From the NCBI RefSeq assembly GCF_009834535.1, contig NC_045697.1, positions 119,414,001 through 119,478,000 on the forward strand: DNA of 64,000 nt, read 5' to 3'. The position numbers and the translations under genes are program-made. Every line of letters starts with the position of its first letter. Position 1 is the first letter of the stretch. The DNA comes from Camelus ferus. Taxonomy: Eukaryota. Positions 13,201 to 28,200 of the stretch are shown piece after piece. Under the pieces are notes generated by a model. It was not told the origin of the DNA and searched no databases. It worked only from the letters and a program-made list of their open reading frames with translations.

Positions 13201-16200
13201 CAGGTGCAAACCCCAATCCATACATATATATGGGGAGGTGCTAGCTCCAAATCTGTTTTACAGTGAAAACTGCAGGAACTTCAAACTGGCACTAGGAAAC
13301 AGACTGAGAAACCAGAATTAAAGATTCTAATGCAACCCGATCCCTTTTTGCAAGATGAACGAACGTCTCTACACATGCTCAGTTCTGAGAGATATGTGTC
13401 TGAAAGCCGTCCTTCACCTAGATTGTTGGGAACACAATGTTTCTTTCAGTTGCATACTCCACTCCATATATATATATATGGGAAGGATCTAGCTCCAACT
13501 CTGTTTTACAGTGAAAATTGCAGGAACTTCAAACTGGCACTAGGAAACAGAATGAGAAACCAGAGTAAAATTTTCTAATGCAACCCTTTCCATTTATGCT
13601 TGATGAACGAAAGTCTCTCCACATGCTCAGTTCTGAGATTTAAGTGTGTTTGAAAGCCGTCCTTTACATAGCTTGTTGGGAACACAAAGTTTCTTTTCAG
13701 GTCCAAACCCCCCTCCATACATATATATAGGGAGGTACAACTCCAACTCGGTTTTACAGTGAAAACTGCAGGAAGTTCAAACCGGCACTAGGAAACAGAC
13801 TGAGAAACCAGAGTAAAAGTTTCTCCTGCAACCCGTTCCATTTGTGCTACATGAACGAACGTCTCTCCACATGCTCAGTTCTGAGAGATAAGTGTTTGTG
13901 AAAGCCGTCCTTCACCTAGCTTTTTGGAACACAAAGTTTCTTTCCAGATGCAAACTAGACTCCGTACTTATATATGGGTAGGTACTGGCTCCAACTCACT
14001 TTTACAGCGTAAACTACAGGAACATCAAACCGGCAATAGGAAAAAGACTGAGAAACCAGAGTAAAAGTTTCTCCTGCAAACATTTCCATTTGTGCTAGAT
14101 GAACGAACCTCTCTCCACATGCTCAGTTCTGAGTGATAAGTGTGTGTGAAAGCCGTCCTTCAACTAGCTTGTTAAGAACACAAAGTTACTTTTCAGTTGC
14201 TATCTCCACTCCATAAATATATACGGGGAGGTACTAGCTCCAACTCTGTTTTACAGTGAAAACTGCAGGAACTTCAAACCGGCACTAGGAAACAGACTGA
14301 GAAACCAGAATAAAATTTCTCCTGAAACACTTTCCATTGTGCTAGATGAAGGAACGTCTCTCCACATGCTCAGGTCTGAGAGATAATTGTGTGTGAAAGC
14401 CGTCCTTCACCTATCTTGTTGGGAACAGAAAGTTTCTTTTCAGTTGCAAACTCCACTCCATACATATATATGGGGAGGCACTAGCTCCAACTCTGTTTTA
14501 CAGTGAAAACTGCAGTAGTTTCAAACCGGCACTAGGAAACAGACTGAGAAACCAGAGTAAAAGTTTCTCCTGCAAACCTTTCCCTTTGAGCTAGATGAAC
14601 GAAAGTCTCTACAAATGCTCATTTCTGAGAGTTAAGTGTGTGTGAAAGCCGTCCTTCACATAGCTTGTTGGGAACACAAAGTTTCTTCATGTGCAAACTC
14701 CACTCCATACATATATATAGGGAGGTACTACTCCAACTCGGTTTTACAGTGAAAACTGCAGGAACTTCAAACTGGCACTAGGAAACAGACTGAGAAACCA
14801 GAGTAAAAGTTTCTCCTGAAACCTGTTCCCTTTGTTCTAGATGAACAAACGTCTCTCCACAACCTCATTTCAGAGAGATAATGGTGTTTGTAAGACGTCC
14901 TTCACCAAGAATGTTGGGAACAAAAAGGTTCTTTTCATTTGCAAACTCCACTCCATTCATATATACGGGGAGGTACAAGCTCCAACTCCGTTTTACAGTG
15001 AAAACTGCAGGAACTTCAAACTGGCACCAGGAAACAGATGGAGAAACCAAAGTTAAAGTTTCCCCTGCATACCATTCCTTTTGTGCTAGATGAACGAACG
15101 TCTCTCCGCATGCTCATTTCTGAGAGATAAGTGTGTGTGAAAGCCGTCCTTTACCTAGCTTGTTGGGAACAAAAAGTTTCTTTTCGGTTGCAAAATTCTG
15201 TCCATACGTATATATGGGGAGGAACCAGCTCCAAATCTGCTTTAAAGTGAAAACTGCAGGAAAATCCAACCGGAACTAGGAAACAGACTGAGAAATCATA
15301 GTAATAGCTTCTCTTGCAACCAGTTCCATTTCTGTTAGATAAACGAACTTCTCTCCCCATGCTCATGTCTGAGAGATATGTGTGTGTGAAAGCCGTAGTT
15401 CAACTAGCTTGTTGGGAAAACAAAGTTACTTTTCAATTGCAAACTAAAATCCATACATTTATATGGGTAGGTACTATCTCCAACAGGGTTTTACAGTGAA
15501 AAATGCAGGAAATTGAAAACAACTCTAGGAAACAGACTGAGAAACCACAGTAAATTTTCTCCTGCAAACATTTTCCTTTGTGCTAGATGAACGAAAGTCT
15601 TTCCCCATGCTCAGTTCTGAGAGATAAGAGTGTGTGAAACCGTCCTTCACATAGCTTGTTGGGAACAGAAAGTTTCTGTTCAGTTGCAAACTAAATTCCA
15701 TCCATATATATGGGGAGGTAAGAGATCCAATTCGGTTTTACAGTGAAAAATGGGGGAATATCAAACCGGCACAAGGAAACAGATTGAGAACCCAGAGTAA
15801 AAGTTTCTCCTGCAACCCGATCCATTTGTGCGAGATGAACGAATTTCTCTCCACATGCACTGTTATGAAATATAATTGTGAGTGAAATCCGTCCTTCACC
15901 TAGCTTGTTGGGAACACAAAGTTTCTTTTCATTTGCAAACTCCACTCCATACATATATATGGGGAAGTACTAGCTCCCAATCCGGTTTAAAGTGAAAACT
16001 GCAGGAAATTCAAACTGGAACAATGAGACAGACTGAGAAATTAGAGCAAAAGTTTATACAGTAACCATTTCCCTTTGTATACATGAACGAATTTCTTTCC
16101 ACATTCTCAGTTCTGAGAGATAACTGTGTGTGAAAGCCGTACTTTAACTAGCTTGTTGGGAACACAAAGTTGCTTTTCAGTTGCAAACTACACTCCATAC

Positions 16201-19200
16201 ATATATATGGGGAGGTACAATCTCCACCTCGATTTTACAGTGAAAACTGCAGGAAATTCAAATGGAATCTAGGAAAAATACTGAGAAACCAGAGTAATAA
16301 TTTCTCCTGCAAACTTTTCCGTTTGTGCAAGATGAACGAAAGTCTCACCCCATGTTCATTTCTGAGAGATAAGTGTGTGTGAAAGCCGTCTTTCACCTAG
16401 CTTGTTGGGAACACAAAGTATATTTTAAGTTGCAAACTACACTCCATACATATATATGGGGAGGTACTAGTTCCAACTAGGTTTTACATTGAAAACTGTA
16501 GGAACTTCAAACCGGTACTATGAAAAATACTGAGAAACCAGAGTAAAAGTTTCTACTGCAACCCTTTCCATTTATGCTTGATGAACGTATGTCTCTCCCC
16601 ATGCTCAATTCTGAGAGATAAGTGTGTGTGAAAGCCGTTCTTCACCTAGATTTTTGGGAACACAAAGTTTCTTTTCAGTTGCATACTACACTCCATACAT
16701 ATAATTGTGGAGGTAAACTCCAACTCCGTTTTACAGTGAAAACTGCAGGAATTACAAAAGGCGCTAGGAAACAGACTGAGAAACCTGTGAAAATTTTCTC
16801 CTTCAACAAGTTCCCGTTGTGCTACATGAATGAACGTCTCTCCACATGTTCATTTCTGTGAGGTAAGTGTGTGTGAAAGCAGTCATTCACCTAGCATGTT
16901 CTGACACAAAGATTCTTTAGAGTTGCAAACTACACTCCATACATTTATAAGTGCATGTACAATTTCCAACACGGTTTAAAGTGAAAACTTCAGGAAACTC
17001 AAACTGCCATTTGTAAACAAACTGAGAATACAGACTAAAAGTTTTTCCTTCAAACGGTTCCCTTTTTGCTAGATGAACGAACGGGTCAGCACATGCTAAG
17101 TTCTGAGAAATATATGTGTGTATGAAAGCCGTCCTTCACGTAGCTTGTTGGGAACACATAGTTTCTTTTCAGGTGCAAACTAAACTCAATACTTATATAT
17201 GGTTGGTACAAGCTGCAACTCCGTTTTACAGTGAAAACTGCAAGAACTTCAAACCGGCACTAGGAAAATGACTGAGAAACCAGAGAAATAATTTCTCCTG
17301 CAAACCTTTCCATTTGTGCTGCATGAACGAAAGTCTCTCCACATGCTAAGTTCTGAGAGATAACTATGTATGAAAGCCGTCCTTCAACTAGTTTGTTGGG
17401 AAAACAAAGATTCTTTTAACTTACCAACTTCACTCCATACATATATATTTGTGCTACAAGTTCCAACACCGTTTTACAGTGAAAACTGCAGGAACTTCAA
17501 ACCGGCACTAGGAAACATACTGAGAAACCAGAGTAAAACTTTCTCCTACACACCGTTCCATGAGGTAGATGAACGAAAGTCTCTCTACATGCACTGTTAT
17601 GAGATATAAGTGTGTGTGAAAGCCTTACTTCACTTTGCTTGTTGGGAACACAAAGATCGTTTCCAGTTGCAAACAACTCTCCATAAATATATATGGGGAG
17701 GTACTAGCTCCAACTCCATTTTACAGTGAAAACTGCTGGAATTTCAAACAGACAATAGGAAACAGACAGAGAAACCAGAGAAAAATATTCTCTTGCAAAC
17801 CGTTCCCTTTGTGCTTGATGAACGAACATCTCTCCCCATGCTCATTCCTGAGAGATAAGTGTGTGTGAAAGCCATTCTTCACCTAGCATGTTGGGAACAC
17901 AAAGTTTCTTTTCAGGTGCAAACTACACTCCTTATATTTATATGGGGACGTACAACTCCAAATCATTTTACAGTGATAACAGCAGGAACTTCAAACTGGA
18001 ACAAGGAAAACAGACTGAGAAACCAGAGCAAATGTTTTTACTGCAAACATTTCATTTTGTGCTGAAAGAACGAACTTCTCTCCACATTCTCAGTTCTGAG
18101 AGATATGTGTGTGTGAAAGTCCTCCTTCACCTGGCTTGTTGGGAACACAAAGTTTCTTTTCAGTTGCAAATTACCCTCCATACATATATATGGGGGGGTA
18201 GTAGATCCAACTCGGTTTACAATGAAAACTGTAGGAAATTCAAACTGGCACTTGGAAACAGACTGAGAAACCAGAGTAAAAGTTTTCCCTGCAACCTTTT
18301 CCTTTGTGCTAGATGAACAAACATCTCTGCACATGCTCAGTTCTGAGAGATAAGGGTGTGTGAAAGACGTCCTTCACCTAGAATGTTGGGAACAAAAAGG
18401 TTTTTTTCAGTTGCAAACTAAACTCTATACTTATATATGGGTGGTACAAGCTGCAACTCCGTTTTACAGTGAAAATTGCATGAACTTCAAACAGGCACTA
18501 AGAAAATGACTGAGAAACCAGAGTAACAATTTATCCTGCAAACCGTTCCATTTGTGCTGGATGAACGAAAGTCTCTCCACATGCTAAGTTCTGAGAGATA
18601 ACTGTGTATGAAAACCGTCCTTCAACTAGTTTGTTGGGAAAACAAAGATTCTTTTAACTTACCAACTTCACTCCATACATATATATTTGTGCTACAAGTT
18701 CCAACACCGTTTTACAGTGAAAACTGCAGGAACTTCAAACCGGCACTAGGAAACAGACTGAGAAACCAGAGTAAAAATTTCTCCTGCAACATGTTCCATT
18801 GTGCTAGATGAACGAACGTCTCCACACATGCTCAGTTCTGAGATATAAGTGAGTGTGAAAGTCGTCCTTCAAAATGTTGTTAGGAAGACAAAGATTCTTT
18901 TCAGTTGCTAACCCACACCATATATATATAAGGGGAGGTACTAAATCCAACACAGTTTTACAGTGAAAAATACAGGAACTTCAATCCGGCACTAGGAAAC
19001 AGACTTAGAATCCAGAGGGAAAGTTACTACTGCAACCTGTTTCCTTTGTGCTAGATGAACGAACGTCTCTCCACATGCTAAGTTCTGAGAGATAATTGTG
19101 TGTGAAAGCCGTCCTTCATCTAGCTTGTTGGGAACACATAGTTTCTTTTCAGTAGCAAACACCACTCCATACATATATATGCAGAGGTAAGAGATCCAAT

Positions 19201-22200
19201 TCGGTTTTAAAGTGAAAAATGGGGGAATTTCAAACCGGCACAAGGAAACAGACTGAGAACCCAGAGTAAAAGTTTCTCCTGCAACCCGATCCATTTGTGC
19301 GAGATGAACGAAATTCTCTCCACATGCACTGTTATGAAATATAATTGTGAATGAAATCCGTCCTTCACCTAGCTTGTTGGGAACACAAAGATCCTTTTCA
19401 TTTGCAAACTCCACTCCATACATATATATGGGGAAGTACTAGCTCCCAATCGGGTTTAAAGTGAAAACTGCAGGAAATTCAAACTGGAACAATGAAACAG
19501 ACTGAGAAAACAGAGCAAAAGTTTATACAGCCACCATTTCAATTTGTGATACATGCACGAAATTCTTTCCACATTCTCAATTCTGAGAGATAACTGTGTG
19601 TGAAAGCAGTACTTTACCTAGCTTTTTGGGAACACAAAGATTCTTTTCATTTGCAAATTACACTCCATACATATATAAGGGGAGGTACAAACTCCACCTC
19701 GATTTTACAGTGAAAACTGCAGGAACTTCAAATGGAAACTAGGTAAAATCCTGAGAAATCAGAGTAAGAGTTTCTCCTGCAAAACGTTCCGTTTGTGCGA
19801 GATGAACGAAAGTCTCACCCCATGCTCATTTCACAGAGGTAAGTGTGTGTGAATGCCGTCTTTCACCTATCTTGTAGGGACACAAAGTATATATTAAGTT
19901 GCAAACTACACTCCATACATATATAAGGGGAGGTACTAGCTCAAACTAGGATTTACTTTGAAAACTCTAGAAACTTCAAAACGGTACTATGAAAAATACT
20001 GAGAAACCAGAGTAAAATTTTCTACTGCAACCCGTTCCATTTATGCTTGATGAACGTACGTCTCTCCCCTAGCTCAATTCTGAGAGATAAGTGTGTGTGA
20101 AACCGTCCTTCACCTAGCTTGTTGGGAACACAAAGTTTCTTTTCAGGTGCAAACCCCAATCCATACATATATATGGGGAGGTGCTAGCTCCAAATCTGTT
20201 TTACAGTGAAAACTGCAGGAACTTCAAACTGGCACTAGGAAACAGACTGAGAAACCAGAATTAAAGATTCTAATGCAACCCGATCCCTTTTTGCAAGATG
20301 AACGAACGTCTCTACACATGCTCAGTTCTGAGAGATATGTGTCTGAAAGCCGTCCTTCACCTAGATTGTTGGGAACACAATGTTTCTTTCAGTTGCATAC
20401 TCCACTCCATATATATATATATGGGAAGGATCTAGCTCCAACTCTGTTTTACAGTGAAAATTGCAGGAACTTCAAACTGGCACTAGGAAACAGAATGAGA
20501 AACCAGAGTAAAATTTTCTAATGCAACCCTTTCCATTTATGCTTGATGAACGAAAGTCTCTCCACATGCTCAGTTCTGAGATTTAAGTGTGTTTGAAAGC
20601 CGTCCTTTACATAGCTTGTTGGGAACACAAAGTTTCTTTTCAGGTCCAAACCCCCCTCCATACATATATATAGGGAGGTACAACTCCAACTCGGTTTTAC
20701 AGTGAAAACTGCAGGAAGTTCAAACCGGCACTAGGAAACAGACTGAGAAACCAGAGTAAAAGTTTCTCCTGCAACCCGTTCCATTTGTGCTACATGAACG
20801 AACGTCTCTCCACATGCTCAGTTCTGAGAGATAAGTGTTTGTGAAAGCCGTCCTTCACCTAGCTTTTTGGAACACAAAGTTTCTTTCCAGATGCAAACTA
20901 GACTCCGTACTTATATATGGGTAGGTACTGGCTCCAACTCACTTTTACAGCGTAAACTACAGGAACATCAAACCGGCAATAGGAAAAAGACTGAGAAACC
21001 AGAGTAAAAGTTTCTCCTGCAAACATTTCCATTTGTGCTAGATGAACGAACCTCTCTCCACATGCTCAGTTCTGAGTGATAAGTGTGTGTGAAAGCCGTC
21101 CTTCAACTAGCTTGTTAAGAACACAAAGTTACTTTTCAGTTGCTATCTCCACTCCATAAATATATACGGGGAGGTACTAGCTCCAACTCTGTTTTACAGT
21201 GAAAACTGCAGGAACTTCAAACCGGCACTAGGAAACAGACTGAGAAACCAGAATAAAATTTCTCCTGAAACACTTTCCATTGTGCTAGATGAAGGAACGT
21301 CTCTCCACATGCTCAGGTCTGAGAGATAATTGTGTGTGAAAGCCGTCCTTCACCTATCTTGTTGGGAACAGAAAGTTTCTTTTCAGTTGCAAACTCCACT
21401 CCATACATATATATGGGGAGGCACTAGCTCCAACTCTGTTTTACAGTGAAAACTGCAGTAGTTTCAAACCGGCACTAGGAAACAGACTGAGAAACCAGAG
21501 TAAAAGTTTCTCCTGCAAACCTTTCCCTTTGAGCTAGATGAACGAAAGTCTCTACAAATGCTCATTTCTGAGAGTTAAGTGTGTGTGAAAGCCGTCCTTC
21601 ACATAGCTTGTTGGGAACACAAAGTTTCTTCATGTGCAAACTCCACTCCATACATATATATAGGGAGGTACTACTCCAACTCGGTTTTACAGTGAAAACT
21701 GCAGGAACTTCAAACTGGCACTAGGAAACAGACTGAGAAACCAGAGTAAAAGTTTCTCCTGAAACCTGTTCCCTTTGTTCTAGATGAACAAACGTCTCTC
21801 CACAACCTCATTTCAGAGAGATAATGGTGTTTGTAAGACGTCCTTCACCAAGAATGTTGGGAACAAAAAGGTTCTTTTCATTTGCAAACTCCACTCCATT
21901 CATATATACGGGGAGGTACAAGCTCCAACTCCGTTTTACAGTGAAAACTGCAGGAACTTCAAACTGGCACCAGGAAACAGATGGAGAAACCAAAGTTAAA
22001 GTTTCCCCTGCATACCATTCCTTTTGTGCTAGATGAACGAACGTCTCTCCGCATGCTCATTTCTGAGAGATAAGTGTGTGTGAAAGCCGTCCTTTACCTA
22101 GCTTGTTGGGAACAAAAAGTTTCTTTTCGGTTGCAAAATTCTGTCCATACGTATATATGGGGAGGAACCAGCTCCAAATCTGCTTTAAAGTGAAAACTGC

Positions 22201-25200
22201 AGGAAAATCCAACCGGAACTAGGAAACAGACTGAGAAATCATAGTAATAGCTTCTCTTGCAACCAGTTCCATTTCTGTTAGATAAACGAACTTCTCTCCC
22301 CATGCTCATGTCTGAGAGATATGTGTGTGTGAAAGCCGTAGTTCAACTAGCTTGTTGGGAAAACAAAGTTACTTTTCAATTGCAAACTAAAATCCATACA
22401 TTTATATGGGTAGGTACTATCTCCAACAGGGTTTTACAGTGAAAAATGCAGGAAATTGAAAACAACTCTAGGAAACAGACTGAGAAACCACAGTAAATTT
22501 TCTCCTGCAAACATTTTCCTTTGTGCTAGATGAACGAAAGTCTTTCCCCATGCTCAGTTCTGAGAGATAAGAGTGTGTGAAACCGTCCTTCACATAGCTT
22601 GTTGGGAACAGAAAGTTTCTGTTCAGTTGCAAACTAAATTCCATCCATATATATGGGGAGGTAAGAGATCCAATTCGGTTTTACAGTGAAAAATGGGGGA
22701 ATATCAAACCGGCACAAGGAAACAGATTGAGAACCCAGAGTAAAAGTTTCTCCTGCAACCCGATCCATTTGTGCGAGATGAACGAATTTCTCTCCACATG
22801 CACTGTTATGAAATATAATTGTGAGTGAAATCCGTCCTTCACCTAGCTTGTTGGGAACACAAAGTTTCTTTTCATTTGCAAACTCCACTCCATACATATA
22901 TATGGGGAAGTACTAGCTCCCAATCCGGTTTAAAGTGAAAACTGCAGGAAATTCAAACTGGAACAATGAGACAGACTGAGAAATTAGAGCAAAAGTTTAT
23001 ACAGTAACCATTTCCCTTTGTATACATGAACGAATTTCTTTCCACATTCTCAGTTCTGAGAGATAACTGTGTGTGAAAGCCGTACTTTAACTAGCTTGTT
23101 GGGAACACAAAGTTGCTTTTCAGTTGCAAACTACACTCCATACATATATATGGGGAGGTACAATCTCCACCTCGATTTTACAGTGAAAACTGCAGGAAAT
23201 TCAAATGGAATCTAGGAAAAATACTGAGAAACCAGAGTAATAATTTCTCCTGCAAACTTTTCCGTTTGTGCAAGATGAACGAAAGTCTCACCCCATGTTC
23301 ATTTCTGAGAGATAAGTGTGTGTGAAAGCCGTCTTTCACCTAGCTTGTTGGGAACACAAAGTATATTTTAAGTTGCAAACTACACTCCATACATATATAT
23401 GGGGAGGTACTAGTTCCAACTAGGTTTTACATTGAAAACTGTAGGAACTTCAAACCGGTACTATGAAAAATACTGAGAAACCAGAGTAAAAGTTTCTACT
23501 GCAACCCTTTCCATTTATGCTTGATGAACGTATGTCTCTCCCCATGCTCAATTCTGAGAGATAAGTGTGTGTGAAAGCCGTTCTTCACCTAGATTTTTGG
23601 GAACACAAAGTTTCTTTTCAGTTGCATACTACACTCCATACATATAATTGTGGAGGTAAACTCCAACTCCGTTTTACAGTGAAAACTGCAGGAATTACAA
23701 AAGGCGCTAGGAAACAGACTGAGAAACCTGTGAAAATTTTCTCCTTCAACAAGTTCCCGTTGTGCTACATGAATGAACGTCTCTCCACATGTTCATTTCT
23801 GTGAGGTAAGTGTGTGTGAAAGCAGTCATTCACCTAGCATGTTCTGACACAAAGATTCTTTAGAGTTGCAAACTACACTCCATACATTTATAAGTGCATG
23901 TACAATTTCCAACACGGTTTAAAGTGAAAACTTCAGGAAACTCAAACTGCCATTTGTAAACAAACTGAGAATACAGACTAAAAGTTTTTCCTTCAAACGG
24001 TTCCCTTTTTGCTAGATGAACGAACGGGTCAGCACATGCTAAGTTCTGAGAAATATATGTGTGTATGAAAGCCGTCCTTCACGTAGCTTGTTGGGAACAC
24101 ATAGTTTCTTTTCAGGTGCAAACTAAACTCAATACTTATATATGGTTGGTACAAGCTGCAACTCCGTTTTACAGTGAAAACTGCAAGAACTTCAAACCGG
24201 CACTAGGAAAATGACTGAGAAACCAGAGAAATAATTTCTCCTGCAAACCTTTCCATTTGTGCTGCATGAACGAAAGTCTCTCCACATGCTAAGTTCTGAG
24301 AGATAACTATGTATGAAAGCCGTCCTTCAACTAGTTTGTTGGGAAAACAAAGATTCTTTTAACTTACCAACTTCACTCCATACATATATATTTGTGCTAC
24401 AAGTTCCAACACCGTTTTACAGTGAAAACTGCAGGAACTTCAAACCGGCACTAGGAAACATACTGAGAAACCAGAGTAAAACTTTCTCCTACACACCGTT
24501 CCATGAGGTAGATGAACGAAAGTCTCTCTACATGCACTGTTATGAGATATAAGTGTGTGTGAAAGCCTTACTTCACTTTGCTTGTTGGGAACACAAAGAT
24601 CGTTTCCAGTTGCAAACAACTCTCCATAAATATATATGGGGAGGTACTAGCTCCAACTCCATTTTACAGTGAAAACTGCTGGAATTTCAAACAGACAATA
24701 GGAAACAGACAGAGAAACCAGAGAAAAATATTCTCTTGCAAACCGTTCCCTTTGTGCTTGATGAACGAACATCTCTCCCCATGCTCATTCCTGAGAGATA
24801 AGTGTGTGTGAAAGCCATTCTTCACCTAGCATGTTGGGAACACAAAGTTTCTTTTCAGGTGCAAACTACACTCCTTATATTTATATGGGGACGTACAACT
24901 CCAAATCATTTTACAGTGATAACAGCAGGAACTTCAAACTGGAACAAGGAAAACAGACTGAGAAACCAGAGCAAATGTTTTTACTGCAAACATTTCATTT
25001 TGTGCTGAAAGAACGAACTTCTCTCCACATTCTCAGTTCTGAGAGATATGTGTGTGTGAAAGTCCTCCTTCACCTGGCTTGTTGGGAACACAAAGTTTCT
25101 TTTCAGTTGCAAATTACCCTCCATACATATATATGGGGGGGTAGTAGATCCAACTCGGTTTACAATGAAAACTGTAGGAACTTCAAACTGGCACTTGGAA

Positions 25201-28200
25201 ACAGACTGAGAAACCAGAGTAAAAGTTTTCCCTGCAACCTTTTCCTTTGTGCTAGATGAACAAACGTCTCTGCACATGCTCAGTTCTGAGAGATAAGGGT
25301 GTGTGAAAGACGTCCTTCACCTAGAATGTTGGGAACAAAAAGGTTTTTTTCAGTTGCAAACTAAACTCTATACTTATATATGGGTGGTACAAGCTGCAAC
25401 TCCGTTTTACAGTGAAAATTGCATGAACTTCAAACAGGCACTAAGAAAATGACTGAGAAACCAGAGTAACAATTTATCCTGCAAACCGTTCCATTTGTGC
25501 TGGATGAACGAAAGTCTCTCCACATGCTAAGTTCTGAGAGATAACTGTGTATGAAAACCGTCCTTCAACTAGTTTGTTGGGAAAACAAAGATTCTTTTAA
25601 CTTACCAACTTCACTCCATACATATATATTTGTGCTACAAGTTCCAACACCGTTTTACAGTGAAAACTGCAGGAACTTCAAACCGGCACTAGGAAACAGA
25701 CTGAGAAACCAGAGTAAAAATTTCTCCTGCAACATGTTCCATTGTGCTAGATGAACGAACGTCTCCACACATGCTCAGTTCTGAGATATAAGTGAGTGTG
25801 AAAGTCGTCCTTCAAAATGTTGTTAGGAAGACAAAGATTCTTTTCAGTTGCTAACCCACACCATATATATATAAGGGGAGGTACTAAATCCAACACAGTT
25901 TTACAGTGAAAAATACAGGAACTTCAATCCGGCACTAGGAAACAGACTTAGAATCCAGAGGGAAAGTTACTACTGCAACCTGTTTCCTTTGTGCTAGATG
26001 AACGAACGTCTCTCCACATGCTAAGTTCTGAGAGATAATTGTGTGTGAAAGCCGTCCTTCATCTAGCTTGTTGGGAACACATAGTTTCTTTTCAGTAGCA
26101 AACACCACTCCATACATATATATGCAGAGGTAAGAGATCCAATTCGGTTTTAAAGTGAAAAATGGGGGAATTTCAAACCGGCACAAGGAAACAGACTGAG
26201 AACCCAGAGTAAAAGTTTCTCCTGCAACCCGATCCATTTGTGCGAGATGAACGAAATTCTCTCCACATGCACTGTTATGAAATATAATTGTGAATGAAAT
26301 CCGTCCTTCACCTAGCTTGTTGGGAACACAAAGATCCTTTTCATTTGCAAACTCCACTCCATACATATATATGGGGAAGTACTAGCTCCCAATCGGGTTT
26401 AAAGTGAAAACTGCAGGAAATTCAAACTGGAACAATGAAACAGACTGAGAAAACAGAGCAAAAGTTTATACAGCCACCATTTCAATTTGTGATACATGCA
26501 CGAAATTCTTTCCACATTCTCAATTCTGAGAGATAACTGTGTGTGAAAGCAGTACTTTACCTAGCTTTTTGGGAACACAAAGATTCTTTTCATTTGCAAA
26601 TTACACTCCATACATATATAAGGGGAGGTACAAACTCCACCTCGATTTTACAGTGAAAACTGCAGGAACTTCAAATGGAAACTAGGTAAAATCCTGAGAA
26701 ATCAGAGTAAGAGTTTCTCCTGCAAAACGTTCCGTTTGTGCGAGATGAACGAAAGTCTCACCCCATGCTCATTTCACAGAGGTAAGTGTGTGTGAATGCC
26801 GTCTTTCACCTATCTTGTAGGGACACAAAGTATATATTAAGTTGCAAACTACACTCCATACATATATAAGGGGAGGGTACTAGCTCAAACTAGGATTTAC
26901 TTTGAAAACTCTAGAAACTTCAAAACGGTACTATGAAAAATACTGAGAAACCAGAGTAAAATTTTCTACTGCAACCCGTTCCATTTATGCTTGATGAACG
27001 TACGTCTCTCCCCTAGCTCAATTCTGAGAGATAAGTGTGTGTGAAACCGTCCTTCACCTAGCTTGTTGGGAACACAAAGTTTCTTTTCAGGTGCAAACCC
27101 CAATCCATACATATATATGGGGAGGTGCTAGCTCCAAATCTGTTTTACAGTGAAAACTGCAGGAACTTCAAACTGGCACTAGGAAAACAGACTGAGAAAC
27201 CAGAATTAAAGATTCTAATGCAACCCGATCCCTTTTTGCAAGATGAACGAACGTCTCTACACATGCTCAGTTCTGAGAGATATGTGTCTGAAAGCCGTCC
27301 TTCACCTAGATTGTTGGGAACACAATGTTTCTTTCAGTTGCATACTCCACTCCATATATATATATATGGGAAGGATCTAGCTCCAACTCTGTTTTACAGT
27401 GAAAATTGCAGGAACTTCAAACTGGCACTAGGAAACAGAATGAGAAACCAGAGTAAAATTTTCTAATGCAACCCTTTCCATTTATGCTTGATGAACGAAA
27501 GTCTCTCCACATGCTCAGTTCTGAGATTTAAGTGTGTTTGAAAGCCGTCCTTTACATAGCTTGTTGGGAACACAAAGTTTCTTTTCAGGTCCAAACCCCC
27601 CTCCATACATATATATAGGGAGGTACAACTCCAACTCGGTTTTACAGTGAAAACTGCAGGAAGTTCAAACCGGCACTAGGAAACAGACTGAGAAACCAGA
27701 GTAAAAGTTTCTCCTGCAACCCGTTCCATTTGTGCTACATGAACGAACGTCTCTCCACATGCTCAGTTCTGAGAGATAAGTGTTTGTGAAAGCCGTCCTT
27801 CACCTAGCTTTTTGGAACACAAAGTTTCTTTCCAGATGCAAACTAGACTCCGTACTTATATATGGGTAGGTACTGGCTCCAACTCACTTTTACAGCGTAA
27901 ACTACAGGAACATCAAACCGGCAATAGGAAAAAGACTGAGAAACCAGAGTAAAAGTTTCTCCTGCAAACATTTCCATTTGTGCTAGATGAACGAACCTCT
28001 CTCCACATGCTCAGTTCTGAGTGATAAGTGTGTGTGAAAGCCGTCCTTCAACTAGCTTGTTAAGAACACAAAGTTACTTTTCAGTTGCTATCTCCACTCC
28101 ATAAATATATACGGGGAGGTACTAGCTCCAACTCTGTTTTACAGTGAAAACTGCAGGAACTTCAAACCGGCACTAGGAAACAGACTGAGAAACCAGAATA

